In this document: piece by piece, positions 28,119-37,536 of the stretch | Layout: each line of letters begins with the position of its first letter | How positions within the stretch are numbered: the stretch's first letter is position 1 | Assembly (NCBI GenBank): GCA_964495075.1 | Contig: CAZBUJ010000001.1 | Span: 78,539-142,538, forward strand | DNA: 64,000 nucleotides | Source of the DNA: an uncultured Phycisphaeraceae bacterium | Lineage (GTDB): Bacteria; Planctomycetota; Phycisphaerae; UBA1845 | Reading direction: 5' to 3' | Position numbers and translations under genes: made by a program | The notes under the pieces: model-generated | Database searches by the model: none | The model's input: the letters and a program-made list of their open reading frames with translations, nothing else | What the model was told of the DNA's origin: nothing

Positions 28119-28371
28119 GGGATGCTCCTCAGTGCCGCTCAGACCCCGCTGCTGGCCCAACACGGAGCCCGGCTCAACTCCTGGTTATTATAACCCTTAA
28201 CGCCGTGGCCGGTGATCGGCAAATCCGCGAATCCGGGCCGAGCCGTTCCATACCAGGCCATGCGTTCCGGGGCCCGCACGGCGGCGCCCCGGCAACACGA
28301 TCTTACACTACCGCGACGGCCTCTGCTCCTTTATACTCCCCTGCTATCCTCTCGTTGCACTGGAGGGTCCC

Positions 28372-30111
28372 ATGGATTTGCTCAATGCGCTCATTGACGT
28401 GGCGGCGGGTCGCCGGCCCGCCGATATCGTTCTCAAGAACGGGCAGGTGGTGAACGTCATGTCCGCCGAGATCTACCCGGCTGATGTGGCGATGGTGGGT
28501 GGTCGGATTGCGGGCGTGGGCGTGTACGAGGGTCGGGAGACCGTCGACGTGGCCGGCCGGTACATCTGCCCGGGTTTCATCGACGGGCACGTGCACATCG
28601 AGTCGTCCATGCTCAACGTCCCCGAGTTCGCCCGGGTGGTGGTGACGCGTGGCACGACCACGGTGGTGGCCGACCCGCATGAGATCGCAAACGTGATGGG
28701 GACGGAAGGAATCCGGTTCATCCTCTCCTCGAGCAAGTACTGCCCCATCCACGTCTACCTGACATTGAGCTCGTGCGTACCTGCGTCGCAATGGGAGAGT
28801 TCGGGGGCGGAGTTGACGGCCGTCGATCTGCTGCCGTTCCTGTCCGACGAATGGGTGCTCGGGCTCGCGGAAGTGATGAACTACCGGGGCGTGATCGGCA
28901 ACGAAGAGGTGGTGCTGGACAAGCTCAAGGTGGCGGCGAACCGCGTCATTGACGGCCACGCGCCGGGGCTGTCGGGCAAGAAGCTCAACGCCTACGTGGC
29001 GGCGGGGGTGCGTAGCGATCACGAATGTTCCACGGCGGAGGAGGCCCGCGAGAAGCTGCGGTTGGGCATGCACGTGATGATCCGCGAAGGGTCCGCCGCC
29101 CGGAATCTGGACGCCCTGCTGCCGTTGGTCACGCCGTCCACGGTCGACCGGTTCATGTTCGTGACCGACGACAAAGACGCGGACGATCTGCTGGAAGAGG
29201 GTCAGATCGATCACATGGTGCGGCGTGCGGTGGCGCACGGGATCGCCCCGCCGCACGCCATCAAGATGGCGTCGCTCAACGCGGCCCGGTACTTCGGCCT
29301 GGGCCGCGTCGGGGCGATCGCCCCGGGGTACCAGGCGTCGGTCACCGTGCTGGACGATTTCGAGACCTGCCGCGTCGACCGGGTCTACCACGAGGGCCGG
29401 CTGGTGGTGAGGGACGGCCAGTGCGTGGGCATCGAAGACCCCCCCCGCCGAAACCCGGTGTTGCGGAGCACCATCAACGTGCACTGGCTGGAGCCGTCTC
29501 AGTTCTCGATTCCGGCGACGGCCGGGGCGTCCATCCCGGTGCACGTGATCGAGGTGACGGACGGGGAGATCACGACGGCGCGTTCGGTGGAGACGTTGCC
29601 GGTGGTGGACGGCGCCGTTCAGCCGGATGCGTCGCGTGACGTGGCCAAAGTGGCCGTCATCGAGCGCCACCAGGCGAGCGGCAACATCGGGTTCGGTTTC
29701 GTGCGTGGGTTCGGGCTGATGGGCGGGGCGATCGCCTCCTCGGTGGCACACGATTCTCACAACATCGTGGTGGTGGGGACGAACGACCGCGACATGTTCG
29801 AGGCGGCGGTGCACCTGGTGAAGCTGCGCGGTGGTTTGTGCGTGATGGCGGACGGCGAGGTGCTGGCTGATCTGGCATTACCGATTGCCGGTCTGATGAG
29901 CACGGTGTCGGCGGCCGAATTGAGTGTCCGCATGAAGGTGCTGCACGCGGCCACGGCGAAGCTCAAGTGCACGCTGCGGCGCCCCTTCATGGCGATGTCG
30001 TTTCTGAGTCTGTCGGTGATCGGGGCTCTTCGCGTCACCGATCAGGGTCTGATCGACGTGGAACGATTCGAGAAGATCGATTTGCGGGCCACGTCCGAGG
30101 GCTTGGCTTGA
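28372..30111 (+). CDS. ade: adenine deaminase
   Basis: 579 aa. ICPGFIDGHVHIESSM metal-binding motif and amidohydrolase fold pattern, collinear with Ade proteins. Confidence 0.9.
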   Translation: MDLLNALIDVAAGRRPADIVLKNGQVVNVMSAEIYPADVAMVGGRIAGVGVYEGRETVDVAGRYICPGFIDGHVHIESSMLNVPEFARVVVTRGTTTVVADPHEIANVMGTEGIRFILSSSKYCPIHVYLTLSSCVPASQWESSGAELTAVDLLPFLSDEWVLGLAEVMNYRGVIGNEEVVLDKLKVAANRVIDGHAPGLSGKKLNAYVAAGVRSDHECSTAEEAREKLRLGMHVMIREGSAARNLDALLPLVTPSTVDRFMFVTDDKDADDLLEEGQIDHMVRRAVAHGIAPPHAIKMASLNAARYFGLGRVGAIAPGYQASVTVLDDFETCRVDRVYHEGRLVVRDGQCVGIEDPPRRNPVLRSTINVHWLEPSQFSIPATAGASIPVHVIEVTDGEITTARSVETLPVVDGAVQPDASRDVAKVAVIERHQASGNIGFGFVRGFGLMGGAIASSVAHDSHNIVVVGTNDRDMFEAAVHLVKLRGGLCVMADGEVLADLALPIAGLMSTVSAAELSVRMKVLHAATAKLKCTLRRPFMAMSFLSLSVIGALRVTDQGLIDVERFEKIDLRATSEGLA

Positions 30112-30133
30112 CCGCCGGCGGTTCCCTTCGATA

Positions 30134-31891
30134 ATGCGGCCGATGCACCGGGCGTCGCAGAATTCTCCTGACAGGCCTCACGTTGGGGCGAATGCACGGG
30201 GTCGTCGCCCGGCCGTGTTGCTGCTGGGCGCGGTGGTGCTGGTCGCCCTGCCGTGGGCGGCCTCGGCCCGCGAGCCGCGGGTCGGGATGGCAGGCAATTC
30301 AAGCTGCTTGTGGGTTTACAACATCGGGCGGGACGCCGAGACGGGAGCGTCTCACGTCGCGTTCGCGTTGCGCGAGGCGTCGGACGAAAAGGCTCGCTAC
30401 TGGCCGGTGCCGGCGCCGGGCGTGGGAACGCGGATCGCGTGGGTCGCGGTCTCAGGCGAGACGTTGCACCTTATCTTTGCTGACGGCACGCAGCGAAGTC
30501 TGCATTTCCCGACGACCGGCCGGATACATGTCGCCGAACTGAGGCCCGAGGCGCGCCTGCCCGGCGATGCCCTGCCGCTTGCCCTTGCCGCCGACGCCGG
30601 TGTCGTGTACGCGGTGGTAGCCGGTCCTGGCACGCGATCGCTGCGGCCGCCGCCGACCTCGGCGCCGTCGGAGGCGGAACACGACGGCGAGCCCGCCGTG
30701 ACGACCGCCTCCGCGGATGAGAGCGCGGTCGCCGACGACACCGGGTGTGCGTACAGCACCGTGCGCTACGAGCTTGGCGAGTGGCGGTTCGATCGCGATC
30801 TGCCCCCGGAACTGGCGAGCGTCAGGGCGGTCTGGCTTGCGGTGCGCGACGGGACGTATCACGTGTGGTACGCGCTGTCGACTGCCGCCGGCACCATCCA
30901 CTACCGGCGTGGTGACCAGAACGGCTGGTCGGCGCCATCGTCGGTCGGCGTCATCCCGGCGGAGGACGTGCTGGCGGTGGCGGCCCCAGGCGCCGATCCG
31001 ATGGTAGTCCTGCGGGTCGCGCGGCGGGACCCGGCCACGATTCCGGTCGATGTGCTTGTGCGATCGGGGGTCGATTGGCGCCGGGTCCACTTGCAGGCGT
31101 CGGACAAGTCGCCGGTCGATGTGCAATCCGCCCAGTTGGCGGCGTCGGCGTTCGGTGATCAGATTGCGCTGGCGATCCGCGCGGAGGCCAACGTGGTGCG
31201 GGTCGGGCTGTGGTCCACGGACGGTACCGTGGTGGAGTCGGCCGAGGAGTTGAATGCCCTGTCATTGCCGGAGGACGTGCTGCTCGATGAGCAGGCCCGG
31301 TTAATACTGCCGTTCGCCGTGCTGGGTGCCCTGCTGCTGACGGTTCTGGGATTGCGCCGCAGCGCGATCGTGGAGGCGGCCGAGTTGCCGTCCGATCGGA
31401 CCGTGGCGAGCTTCGCCCGGCGGGTCGGCGGGAGCGTGTTGGACCTCCTCCTCGTGTCACCGTTGACCTATCCGGTGTTGCGGAACCCGCTGACTGCCCT
31501 TCGGCACGGTGGTGCCTCATCCATCGCAGACCAGCAGGCGATCATGACGTTTTCGTACGACTTGTTCTGGTACTGGTTGGCGGCGATGGCCATCTATGTA
31601 TTCTATTGCGCGCTGTTCGAGGCGACGCTGTCAGCGACGCCGGGCAAGCTGGTCTTTCGGTGTCGCGTGTGTGACGAGCGCGGTCGGCGGGCGTCGCTCC
31701 GGCGGGTGCTGGTTCGGAATCTGGTTCGGCTTGTCGAAATGTTTCCGGTGTTCGAGCTGTTGCCGTCGATGGTACTGATAGTGCTCACGCCGAAGAAGCA
31801 GCGGCTGGGGGACCTGATGGCCGGCACGATCGTGGTGTTTCACCCCCGGTCTCGTGATACCGACGCGGATGTCGACCGGCGCGGCGACTGA
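30134..31891 (+). CDS. RDD-family membrane protein with large N-terminal extracytoplasmic domain
   Basis: 585 aa. C-terminal RDD-type module (FWYWLAAMAIYVFYCALFEATLSATPGKL...QRLGDLMAGTIVV). The N-terminal ~400 aa has no recognisable domain. Start uncertain (ATG 30134 or 30143). Confidence 0.7.
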   Translation: MRPMHRASQNSPDRPHVGANARGRRPAVLLLGAVVLVALPWAASAREPRVGMAGNSSCLWVYNIGRDAETGASHVAFALREASDEKARYWPVPAPGVGTRIAWVAVSGETLHLIFADGTQRSLHFPTTGRIHVAELRPEARLPGDALPLALAADAGVVYAVVAGPGTRSLRPPPTSAPSEAEHDGEPAVTTASADESAVADDTGCAYSTVRYELGEWRFDRDLPPELASVRAVWLAVRDGTYHVWYALSTAAGTIHYRRGDQNGWSAPSSVGVIPAEDVLAVAAPGADPMVVLRVARRDPATIPVDVLVRSGVDWRRVHLQASDKSPVDVQSAQLAASAFGDQIALAIRAEANVVRVGLWSTDGTVVESAEELNALSLPEDVLLDEQARLILPFAVLGALLLTVLGLRRSAIVEAAELPSDRTVASFARRVGGSVLDLLLVSPLTYPVLRNPLTALRHGGASSIADQQAIMTFSYDLFWYWLAAMAIYVFYCALFEATLSATPGKLVFRCRVCDERGRRASLRRVLVRNLVRLVEMFPVFELLPSMVLIVLTPKKQRLGDLMAGTIVVFHPRSRDTDADVDRRGD

Positions 31892-31910
31892 AAGCGTCAA
31901 GTTGGAGTAG

Positions 31911-32759
31911 ATGGAGGGACCGACCATGAACGGACTTCGCATGAACCTGCGTTTGGAGCGATCCGCGGCCTCGGCGACGCTTCTGCCGCTGCTCGCCCTG
32001 GGGGCCCTGCTGCCGGGAACGGCCGGTTGCGGGGCGCACGAGCTCGAGACGCCCGTGGTGATTTTCCTGGACGGGGCGAGCCACTTCAGCGCCGGCGGAT
32101 CGGTGCGCCGCGGCATGGAGCTGGCCGGTTTTGAAGGACACGTTCAGACGTTCGTGTGGACGTCGTTTCTGGGCTGGGGCGCCGATCATCTGCTCGTCGC
32201 GCAGAGCAAGCTGCACGCCCAGGAACTCGCCGACCGCGTGACCCGCACTCGCGCCCACAACCCGCGTGGCGAGATCCACTTGATGGGGCTGTCGGCGGGC
32301 ACGGCCGTGTTGCTGAACGCCCTGGAGCTATTGCCGCCGGGGGTGGAAGTGGACAAAGTCGTACTGTTTTCGTCGTCGGTGTCCGCGAATCGGGACCTTG
32401 TTCCGGCGTTGCGTCACGTTCATGACACGCTGTACGCGACGACGAGCCGCAGTGATTTGATACTCGGTTCATTAGTAGTGACGGCGGACGGCCACCACAC
32501 CACGGCGGCCGGTCGGGCCGGGTTCCGCGTGCCGCCGCAGATGTCTTCGCGGGATCGCCTGGAATACAACAAAGTGGTGCATCTGAACTGGAAGCCGGCG
32601 TATGTCGCCTTCGGTTGGGACGGCGGTCACGTTTCTGCGACCAACGCGGAATTCGTGCGCGCCGTCATCGCGCCGCGTATAATGTCATCGGAGTCGTTCC
32701 CGCTGGACCGTCCGCTGCTGCACGCGGCCGGTGAGCGGGGACGCCAATTCAGACCTTAG
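31911..32759 (+). CDS. alpha/beta-hydrolase-fold lipoprotein (putative)
   Basis: Signal plus lipobox LLALGALLPGTAGC. GLSAG nucleophile-elbow (GxSxG) in HLMGLSAGTAVLL. No closer family assignment possible by eye. Confidence 0.55.
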   Translation: MEGPTMNGLRMNLRLERSAASATLLPLLALGALLPGTAGCGAHELETPVVIFLDGASHFSAGGSVRRGMELAGFEGHVQTFVWTSFLGWGADHLLVAQSKLHAQELADRVTRTRAHNPRGEIHLMGLSAGTAVLLNALELLPPGVEVDKVVLFSSSVSANRDLVPALRHVHDTLYATTSRSDLILGSLVVTADGHHTTAAGRAGFRVPPQMSSRDRLEYNKVVHLNWKPAYVAFGWDGGHVSATNAEFVRAVIAPRIMSSESFPLDRPLLHAAGERGRQFRP

Positions 32760-32780
32760 GCACGAAGGAGGAGGCACCCG

Positions 32781-33281
32781 ATGGTAGGACCGAAGGACGT
32801 TCTCAAGCAGCAGCTTCAACTGGGGGCGGGGGTTCTCGAGGAGTTCACGGCGGATATGTCCGATGCGGAGTGGATGGTTCAGCCGGGTGACGGGGGCTGT
32901 CACCTCATCTGGATTCACGGCCACCTGGCGGAGACGCAGGACTGGGCGGTCTCGCACCTGACCGGTCAGGCCCGGCGTTTCGATCAGAAGTACATCGATC
33001 TGTTCACCGGCGGCGCGGCCGTCGACGGGGACCCGGCGAAGTACCCGTCGCGGGCGACGGTGCAGTCGCTGTTCCGCGAATCCCAGGAGATGACCCTTAC
33101 CGCGCTCGACGCGTTCGATCTCGCCCGATGGGATGAGCCGGTGCCGGAAGGGGTGCCGAGCAACTACTTCCCCACGTGCGGGGCCCTGTGGGGCATGATC
33201 CCGTTGCATACACTCTGGCACTTCGGCCAGGTGACCGTGACCCGGCGGATGCTCGGCAAGCCCCGGCGGATGGGCGCCTGA
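32781..33281 (+). CDS. DinB-family protein
   Basis: 166 aa. Four-helix DinB_2-like pattern with conserved His (WIHGHLA...LHTLWHFGQV). Confidence 0.75.
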   Translation: MVGPKDVLKQQLQLGAGVLEEFTADMSDAEWMVQPGDGGCHLIWIHGHLAETQDWAVSHLTGQARRFDQKYIDLFTGGAAVDGDPAKYPSRATVQSLFRESQEMTLTALDAFDLARWDEPVPEGVPSNYFPTCGALWGMIPLHTLWHFGQVTVTRRMLGKPRRMGA

Positions 33282-33290
33282 CCGCCGCCC

Positions 33291-34334
33291 CTACGACGCC
33301 AGAACCGCGCGGAAGGCGGCGATCGCCCGGTCGATGTCGTCCGCGTTGACGTCGAGGTTGGTGACGGCCCGGGCACGGTACGTCGATTCCGGGAGCATCC
33401 AGACGCCGCGCTCGTGCATCGTCCGGCAGAACTGCTCGGCCGTGCCGGCCGCTTCGTCGGTTTGGAAGTAGAGGATGTTGGTCTCGACTTCGTTCGGGTC
33501 GATCGAGATGTGCGGCATTTCGGACAATGCCTCGGCCAGCCGCCGGGCGTTCGCGTGGTCCTCGGCCAACCGATCGACGTGGTGATCGAGTGCGTGGAGG
33601 GCAGCGGCGGCGAGGATACCGGCCTGCCGCATGCCACCGCCGAACATCTTTCGGAACCGGTGGGCCCGCCGGATGGTTTCGGCGGTGCCGGCCAGCGCCG
33701 AGCCAACCGGCGCCCCGAGACCTTTCGAGAAACACATCGACACAGTGTCGGCGTGGGCGGCGTAGTCGTGGGGGGCGATGCCGGTGGCCACGCAGGCGTT
33801 CATCAACCGGGCCCCGTCCATGTGGACGGCGAGGCCGGCTTCGCAGGCCGTGGCCCGGATCGACGCGATCGCCTCCAGCGGCCAGATCGAACCGCCGCCG
33901 CGGTTGTGCGTGTGCTCGATGACGACCAGCCGCGAACGGGCGAAGTGCGAGTTCGCCGGCCGGATCGCCGGGCGGAGGTCGGCGGGGGTGAATTGACCGC
34001 GGTTGCCGGCCAGCAATCGCACGGAACAGCCGGCCACGGCGCAGGCCGAACCGGCCTCGTACTGGTAGAAATGGCTGTCCGCGTGCCCGATGACTTCGTC
34101 GCCCGGTTCGGTTTGGGATCGGATCGCGACAAGGTTGGCCATCGAGCCGGACGGCACGAACAGAGCGGCTTCCTTGCCCAGCATCTCGGCGACCCGCTGC
34201 TGCAGTCGGATGACGGTGGGGTCGTCACCGAGAACGTCGTCGCCGACCTCGGCCTCCGCGATGGCCTTGCGCATGGCCGCCGTGGGGCGGGTCACGGTGT
34301 CACTTCGCAGATCGATCGGTTTTGGGGTTGCCAT
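33291..34334 (-). CDS. ltaE: low-specificity L-threonine aldolase
   Basis: ATG 34334 gives 347 aa. [41 protein letters not shown] (PLP Lys). Confidence 0.9.
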   Translation of the reverse strand: MATPKPIDLRSDTVTRPTAAMRKAIAEAEVGDDVLGDDPTVIRLQQRVAEMLGKEAALFVPSGSMANLVAIRSQTEPGDEVIGHADSHFYQYEAGSACAVAGCSVRLLAGNRGQFTPADLRPAIRPANSHFARSRLVVIEHTHNRGGGSIWPLEAIASIRATACEAGLAVHMDGARLMNACVATGIAPHDYAAHADTVSMCFSKGLGAPVGSALAGTAETIRRAHRFRKMFGGGMRQAGILAAAALHALDHHVDRLAEDHANARRLAEALSEMPHISIDPNEVETNILYFQTDEAAGTAEQFCRTMHERGVWMLPESTYRARAVTNLDVNADDIDRAIAAFRAVLAS

Positions 34335-34598
34335 GGCGCACTCCTGTGGACTGTCGGCCGGTTGCGGTGGACATCGCCCCGATGATCCTAGCTTGTCGCG
34401 CGCCGTTTTGCGAGCCGCGAGGGTGCCGATGTCCCGGATCCACGACACCGAGGCGCCGGAGTCGGGCCGGCGTGAGCGTTCGCCTGGCAGTGGGGATGCA
34501 ATGCGTTGTGCATCCCTGCATCTTGGTTCATCATCGAACTCGCGACGGGTGCCATGGTGTGCCTACAATGAGGCGTACCGCCAAGGGAGATCGACTTC

Positions 34599-35516
34599 AT
34601 GTCCACGACGCAATCCGGATTGACCACTACGCAGGCCCCGTTTATCGAGGAGGCGAAGGCCAACGGGGAGCTGTACATCCGCCAGCCGTACGAGTTGTAC
34701 AGTGAGGCGAACCAGGACACGTGGCGGCGTTTGTACGCTCGCATTCTGCCCCGGTGGCGGAAGTACGCGAACCCGCGGTTCATGGAGGGCATCGACAAGC
34801 TGGCCCTCGACCCGGAGCGCGTGCCGAAGCTGGAGGACATCAACCGTTTCCTGGAGCCGCTCAGCGGGTTTTCGGCCAAGGCGGTGAGCGGATACGTACC
34901 CGCGTACCTCTTCTTCGAGTGCCTGCGCACGCGGGCGTTCCCGACGACGATCACGATTCGGGACGGCCGGTCCATCGACTACCTGCCCGAGCCGGACATT
35001 TTCCATGACGTGGCCGGTCACGTGCCCATGCACACCGACCGGGTGTTCGCCGACATCCTGGTGCGGTTCGGGGAGGTGGCCCGGTCCGCGGCGGAAACGA
35101 CGGCGGAGATCAAGGACGCCGAGGAGCGGGTGCGTCGCGTGGAGAGCGTCATCAAGGCGATGGCTCGCTTCTTCTGGTTCACGATCGAGTTCGGCCTGAT
35201 GCGTTCGAACGGCGACCTGAAGGTGTACGGCAGCGGGCTGCTCAGTTCGTACGGCGAGCTGGCCCACTGCATTGAGTCACCCGACGTGCAGCGGTACCCG
35301 CTCCAGTTGGAATGGGTGATCAACCAGTACTTTGAGATCCACCACTACCAGCCGTTGCTGTTCATCGTCGACTCGTTCGATCATCTCTTTGAGCAGGTCG
35401 GCCTGCTGGAGAAGTGGATCCTGGACGGCAAGCTGAGCAACGTGAGTCCGGGCGAGCCGTTGGTGAATGAGGACGACCTGAAATCGTTCCTGAACGCGAC
35501 GGCCGGGGACGCGTAA
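34599..35516 (+). CDS. phhA: phenylalanine 4-hydroxylase (aromatic amino acid hydroxylase)
   Basis: 305 aa. PEPDIFHDVAGHVPM iron-binding His pair, FTIEFGL, YGSGLLSSYGE. Confidence 0.9.
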   Translation: MSTTQSGLTTTQAPFIEEAKANGELYIRQPYELYSEANQDTWRRLYARILPRWRKYANPRFMEGIDKLALDPERVPKLEDINRFLEPLSGFSAKAVSGYVPAYLFFECLRTRAFPTTITIRDGRSIDYLPEPDIFHDVAGHVPMHTDRVFADILVRFGEVARSAAETTAEIKDAEERVRRVESVIKAMARFFWFTIEFGLMRSNGDLKVYGSGLLSSYGELAHCIESPDVQRYPLQLEWVINQYFEIHHYQPLLFIVDSFDHLFEQVGLLEKWILDGKLSNVSPGEPLVNEDDLKSFLNATAGDA

Positions 35517-35603
35517 TCGACACGCCGTCGTCGTCCTCGGCCCGATTCATCGGCCGCACGTGACGACGTGAGTGGGACCCGGCGTCGTGACCGCCTCGCA
35601 CGG

Positions 35604-35936
35604 CTAACCCAGTCGGTCGATCTTGGCCGCAAGCACGAAGTCGCTCTCGGTCAGCCCGTCGATCTTGTGCGTCCAGATGTCGATCCGGGCCGTGCCCCAG
35701 GTGAAGCGGATGTCGGGGTGGTGGCTTTCCCGTTCCGCCACATCACCCACTTTGTTGACGAACGCCAGGGCCTGCTTGAAATCGGGGAACGTGTAGCCCT
35801 TGGTCAGGTGATGTTCGTTTACCACTTCCCAGCCGTCGAGTTGTTCGAGCAGTGGCTTGATCTGGTCCCCGGTGAGGGCGGGGACGCCACCTTGACACGG
35901 CACACACGCTTTCGATGCCAGTCCCGACACGTTCAC
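35604..35936 (-). CDS. phhB: pterin-4a-carbinolamine dehydratase
   Basis: 110 aa. HHPDIRFTWGTARIDIWTHKIDGLTESDFVLAAKID is the PCD signature. Convergent with phhA. Confidence 0.9.
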   Translation of the reverse strand: MNVSGLASKACVPCQGGVPALTGDQIKPLLEQLDGWEVVNEHHLTKGYTFPDFKQALAFVNKVGDVAERESHHPDIRFTWGTARIDIWTHKIDGLTESDFVLAAKIDRLG

Positions 35937-36316
35937 GCTCCTTGCCAGTGGTCATAATGCTGATATTGCCCGATTGCCCCTCGGCCCTGGCCTGCCCCTG
36001 GTTCTGAAGCTCGGTCCGGAGCGAGGCCGCCGTCCGGAGCGGACCTGGGCTTCATGGTCACCCATGGTCGCGAGCAGCGGACCGGGCTCGAGGCGAACCC
36101 GGCGTTGTCGGCCGCGAACGTGGGATCATAGGCCGGTTCGCGGGCGGTAGCCACTTGCGGTGGGGGAACGGACGTACGACGGTCGGTTGTTGGCGAGCCA
36201 CCGTGATCCGGGTTGAGTGGGCTCTTGACAAGCCGCGGCAGCGCGGGTAACAGTGGTGTATAGTCCGCGCCGTTTCGGGGCGCCGGCTGGCCCGTTGCGG
36301 GCCGACGGAAACATAC

Positions 36317-36388
36317 GCGGGTGTAGCTCAGCGGTAGAGCGTCACGTTGCCAACGTGAATGTCGTCGGTTCAAATCCGATCACCCGCT
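36317..36388 (+). tRNA. tRNA-Gly (anticodon GCC), CCA not encoded
   Basis: Hand-folded cloverleaf: acceptor GCGGGTG/CACCCGC, D stem GCTC/GAGC, anticodon stem TCACG/CGTGA with loop TTGCCAA, T arm GTCGG-TTCAAAT-CCGAT. Confidence 0.95.
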
Positions 36389-36455
36389 TTCGACATAACT
36401 AGCACCGAACGCTTGGGTTAGCGTACCTGCCGGTGTCAGGCAGGGCGGCTGCGAA

Positions 36456-36477
36456 GGTGGTAGTGACCACCACTTTT
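36456..36477 (+). terminator. small hairpin plus T4 downstream of tRNA-Gly
   Basis: GGTGGT-AGTG-ACCACC followed by ACTTTTC. Confidence 0.3.
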
Positions 36478-36489
36478 CGGAGCAGCCCA

Positions 36490-37290
36490 ATGCCGAGACG
36501 CACCGTCCCAAGCTACCGCTGACACGCCACGGGCCAAGGCACCACCCGGATCGAGGGCAAGGACTTCTATTTCGGCAAATACGAGGATCCCGGCTCTTTC
36601 GAGCGATACCGCCGGTTCATCGCACGGTGGTTACAGGACCGCGATGCGGAAACCGCGCCTGCGGGCACACCCACGGCCGCCAGCGGGCTGACGATCACCG
36701 AGCTCGTGGTGGAATATCTGCTCTACGCCAAGCGAGAGTACGGTTCGCGCCGATCCGCAAGCAAGAACCTCAGCCGAATCCGACAAGCCGTCAGGGCGCT
36801 CGCCGACCTGTACGGCTCGCGGGCCGTGGCAGCCTTCGACCCGCCTGCTTTCGTGGCCGTACGCGAGCGTTTCATCAGTCCGGTCACTGCCGGTCATACG
36901 TCCATGATCTTGTCCGAATCGTCCGCGACGTGTTTCGCTGGGCGGTGAGCCAGGGCATGTGCAGCCCGTCCGTGTGGCACGGCCTTCTCACCGTGCGGGG
37001 CATTCGGAGGGGATCGGGTCGCGTCCGGGACGGGACGAGGGTGGCGCCGGTCTCCAACGAGCGTGTACGTCGCGTCCGCCGTTTCTTGTCGCATCAAGTG
37101 CGGGCCATGGTCGCGATTCAGAAACTGACCGGCGCTCGCCCCGGCGAGGTCGTGATCATGCGTCCCGTTGATATCGACACGAGCGACAGCATCTGGGTCT
37201 ATCGACCGCGTTTCCATAAGACCGAGCACTACGACGCCGAGCGAGTCTCCTTTCAAACCGATATCGGCGACGATGGAGGGCGGCTTGGTT
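36490..37290 (+). pseudogene. tyrosine recombinase/phage-type integrase, disrupted (in-frame stop, frameshift, 3' truncation)
   Basis: MPRRTVPSYR then TGA at 36520-36522. Continues GKDFYFGKYEDPGSFERYRRFIARW...VVEYLLYAKREYG. Frame shift near 36890 into VRIVRDVFRWAV...LTGARPGEVVIMRPVDID...HKTEHYDAERV. The catalytic C-terminus is absent. Confidence 0.7.
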
Positions 37291-37299
37291 GTGCACCGA

Positions 37300-37536
37300 G
37301 TCTCGCGCCGGGCCTGCCTTCTTCAACCGCCACAACAGGACAACGGTGCAAACGGCTTCAATCGAGCTGTCAGCGCCGAAGGCCACGAGTGTCGTGCTGC
37401 CCGCCACGAGGCCGGCGCTCAGCGCGACCAATGCTTCCATCACATTTCATGAGACCGTGGACCATTCCAACCGCACGCCCCAGCCAAAAAGGGACTCTCG
37501 GACGTCGCCGAAAGATGACTCGTCCTTTACGCTCAT
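37300..37536 (-). pseudogene. cation-efflux (CDF-like) transporter, N-terminal fragment with frameshift and truncation
   Basis: ATG 37536 overlaps the czcA stop (ATGA). MSVKDESSFGDVRESLLAGACGWN, then a shift to NVMEALVALSAGLVAGSTTLVAFGADSSIEAV...LLWRL (TM1-2 of cation-transporter type). Nothing beyond about 37300. Confidence 0.5.

Noticed and set aside
36225-36264. Perfect -35 hexamer TTGACA upstream of tRNA-Gly with a TATAGT box
   Set aside because: The spacing between the two hexamers is 28 nt. The only box at 17 nt is a poor TAACAG. The promoter assignment is therefore ambiguous.
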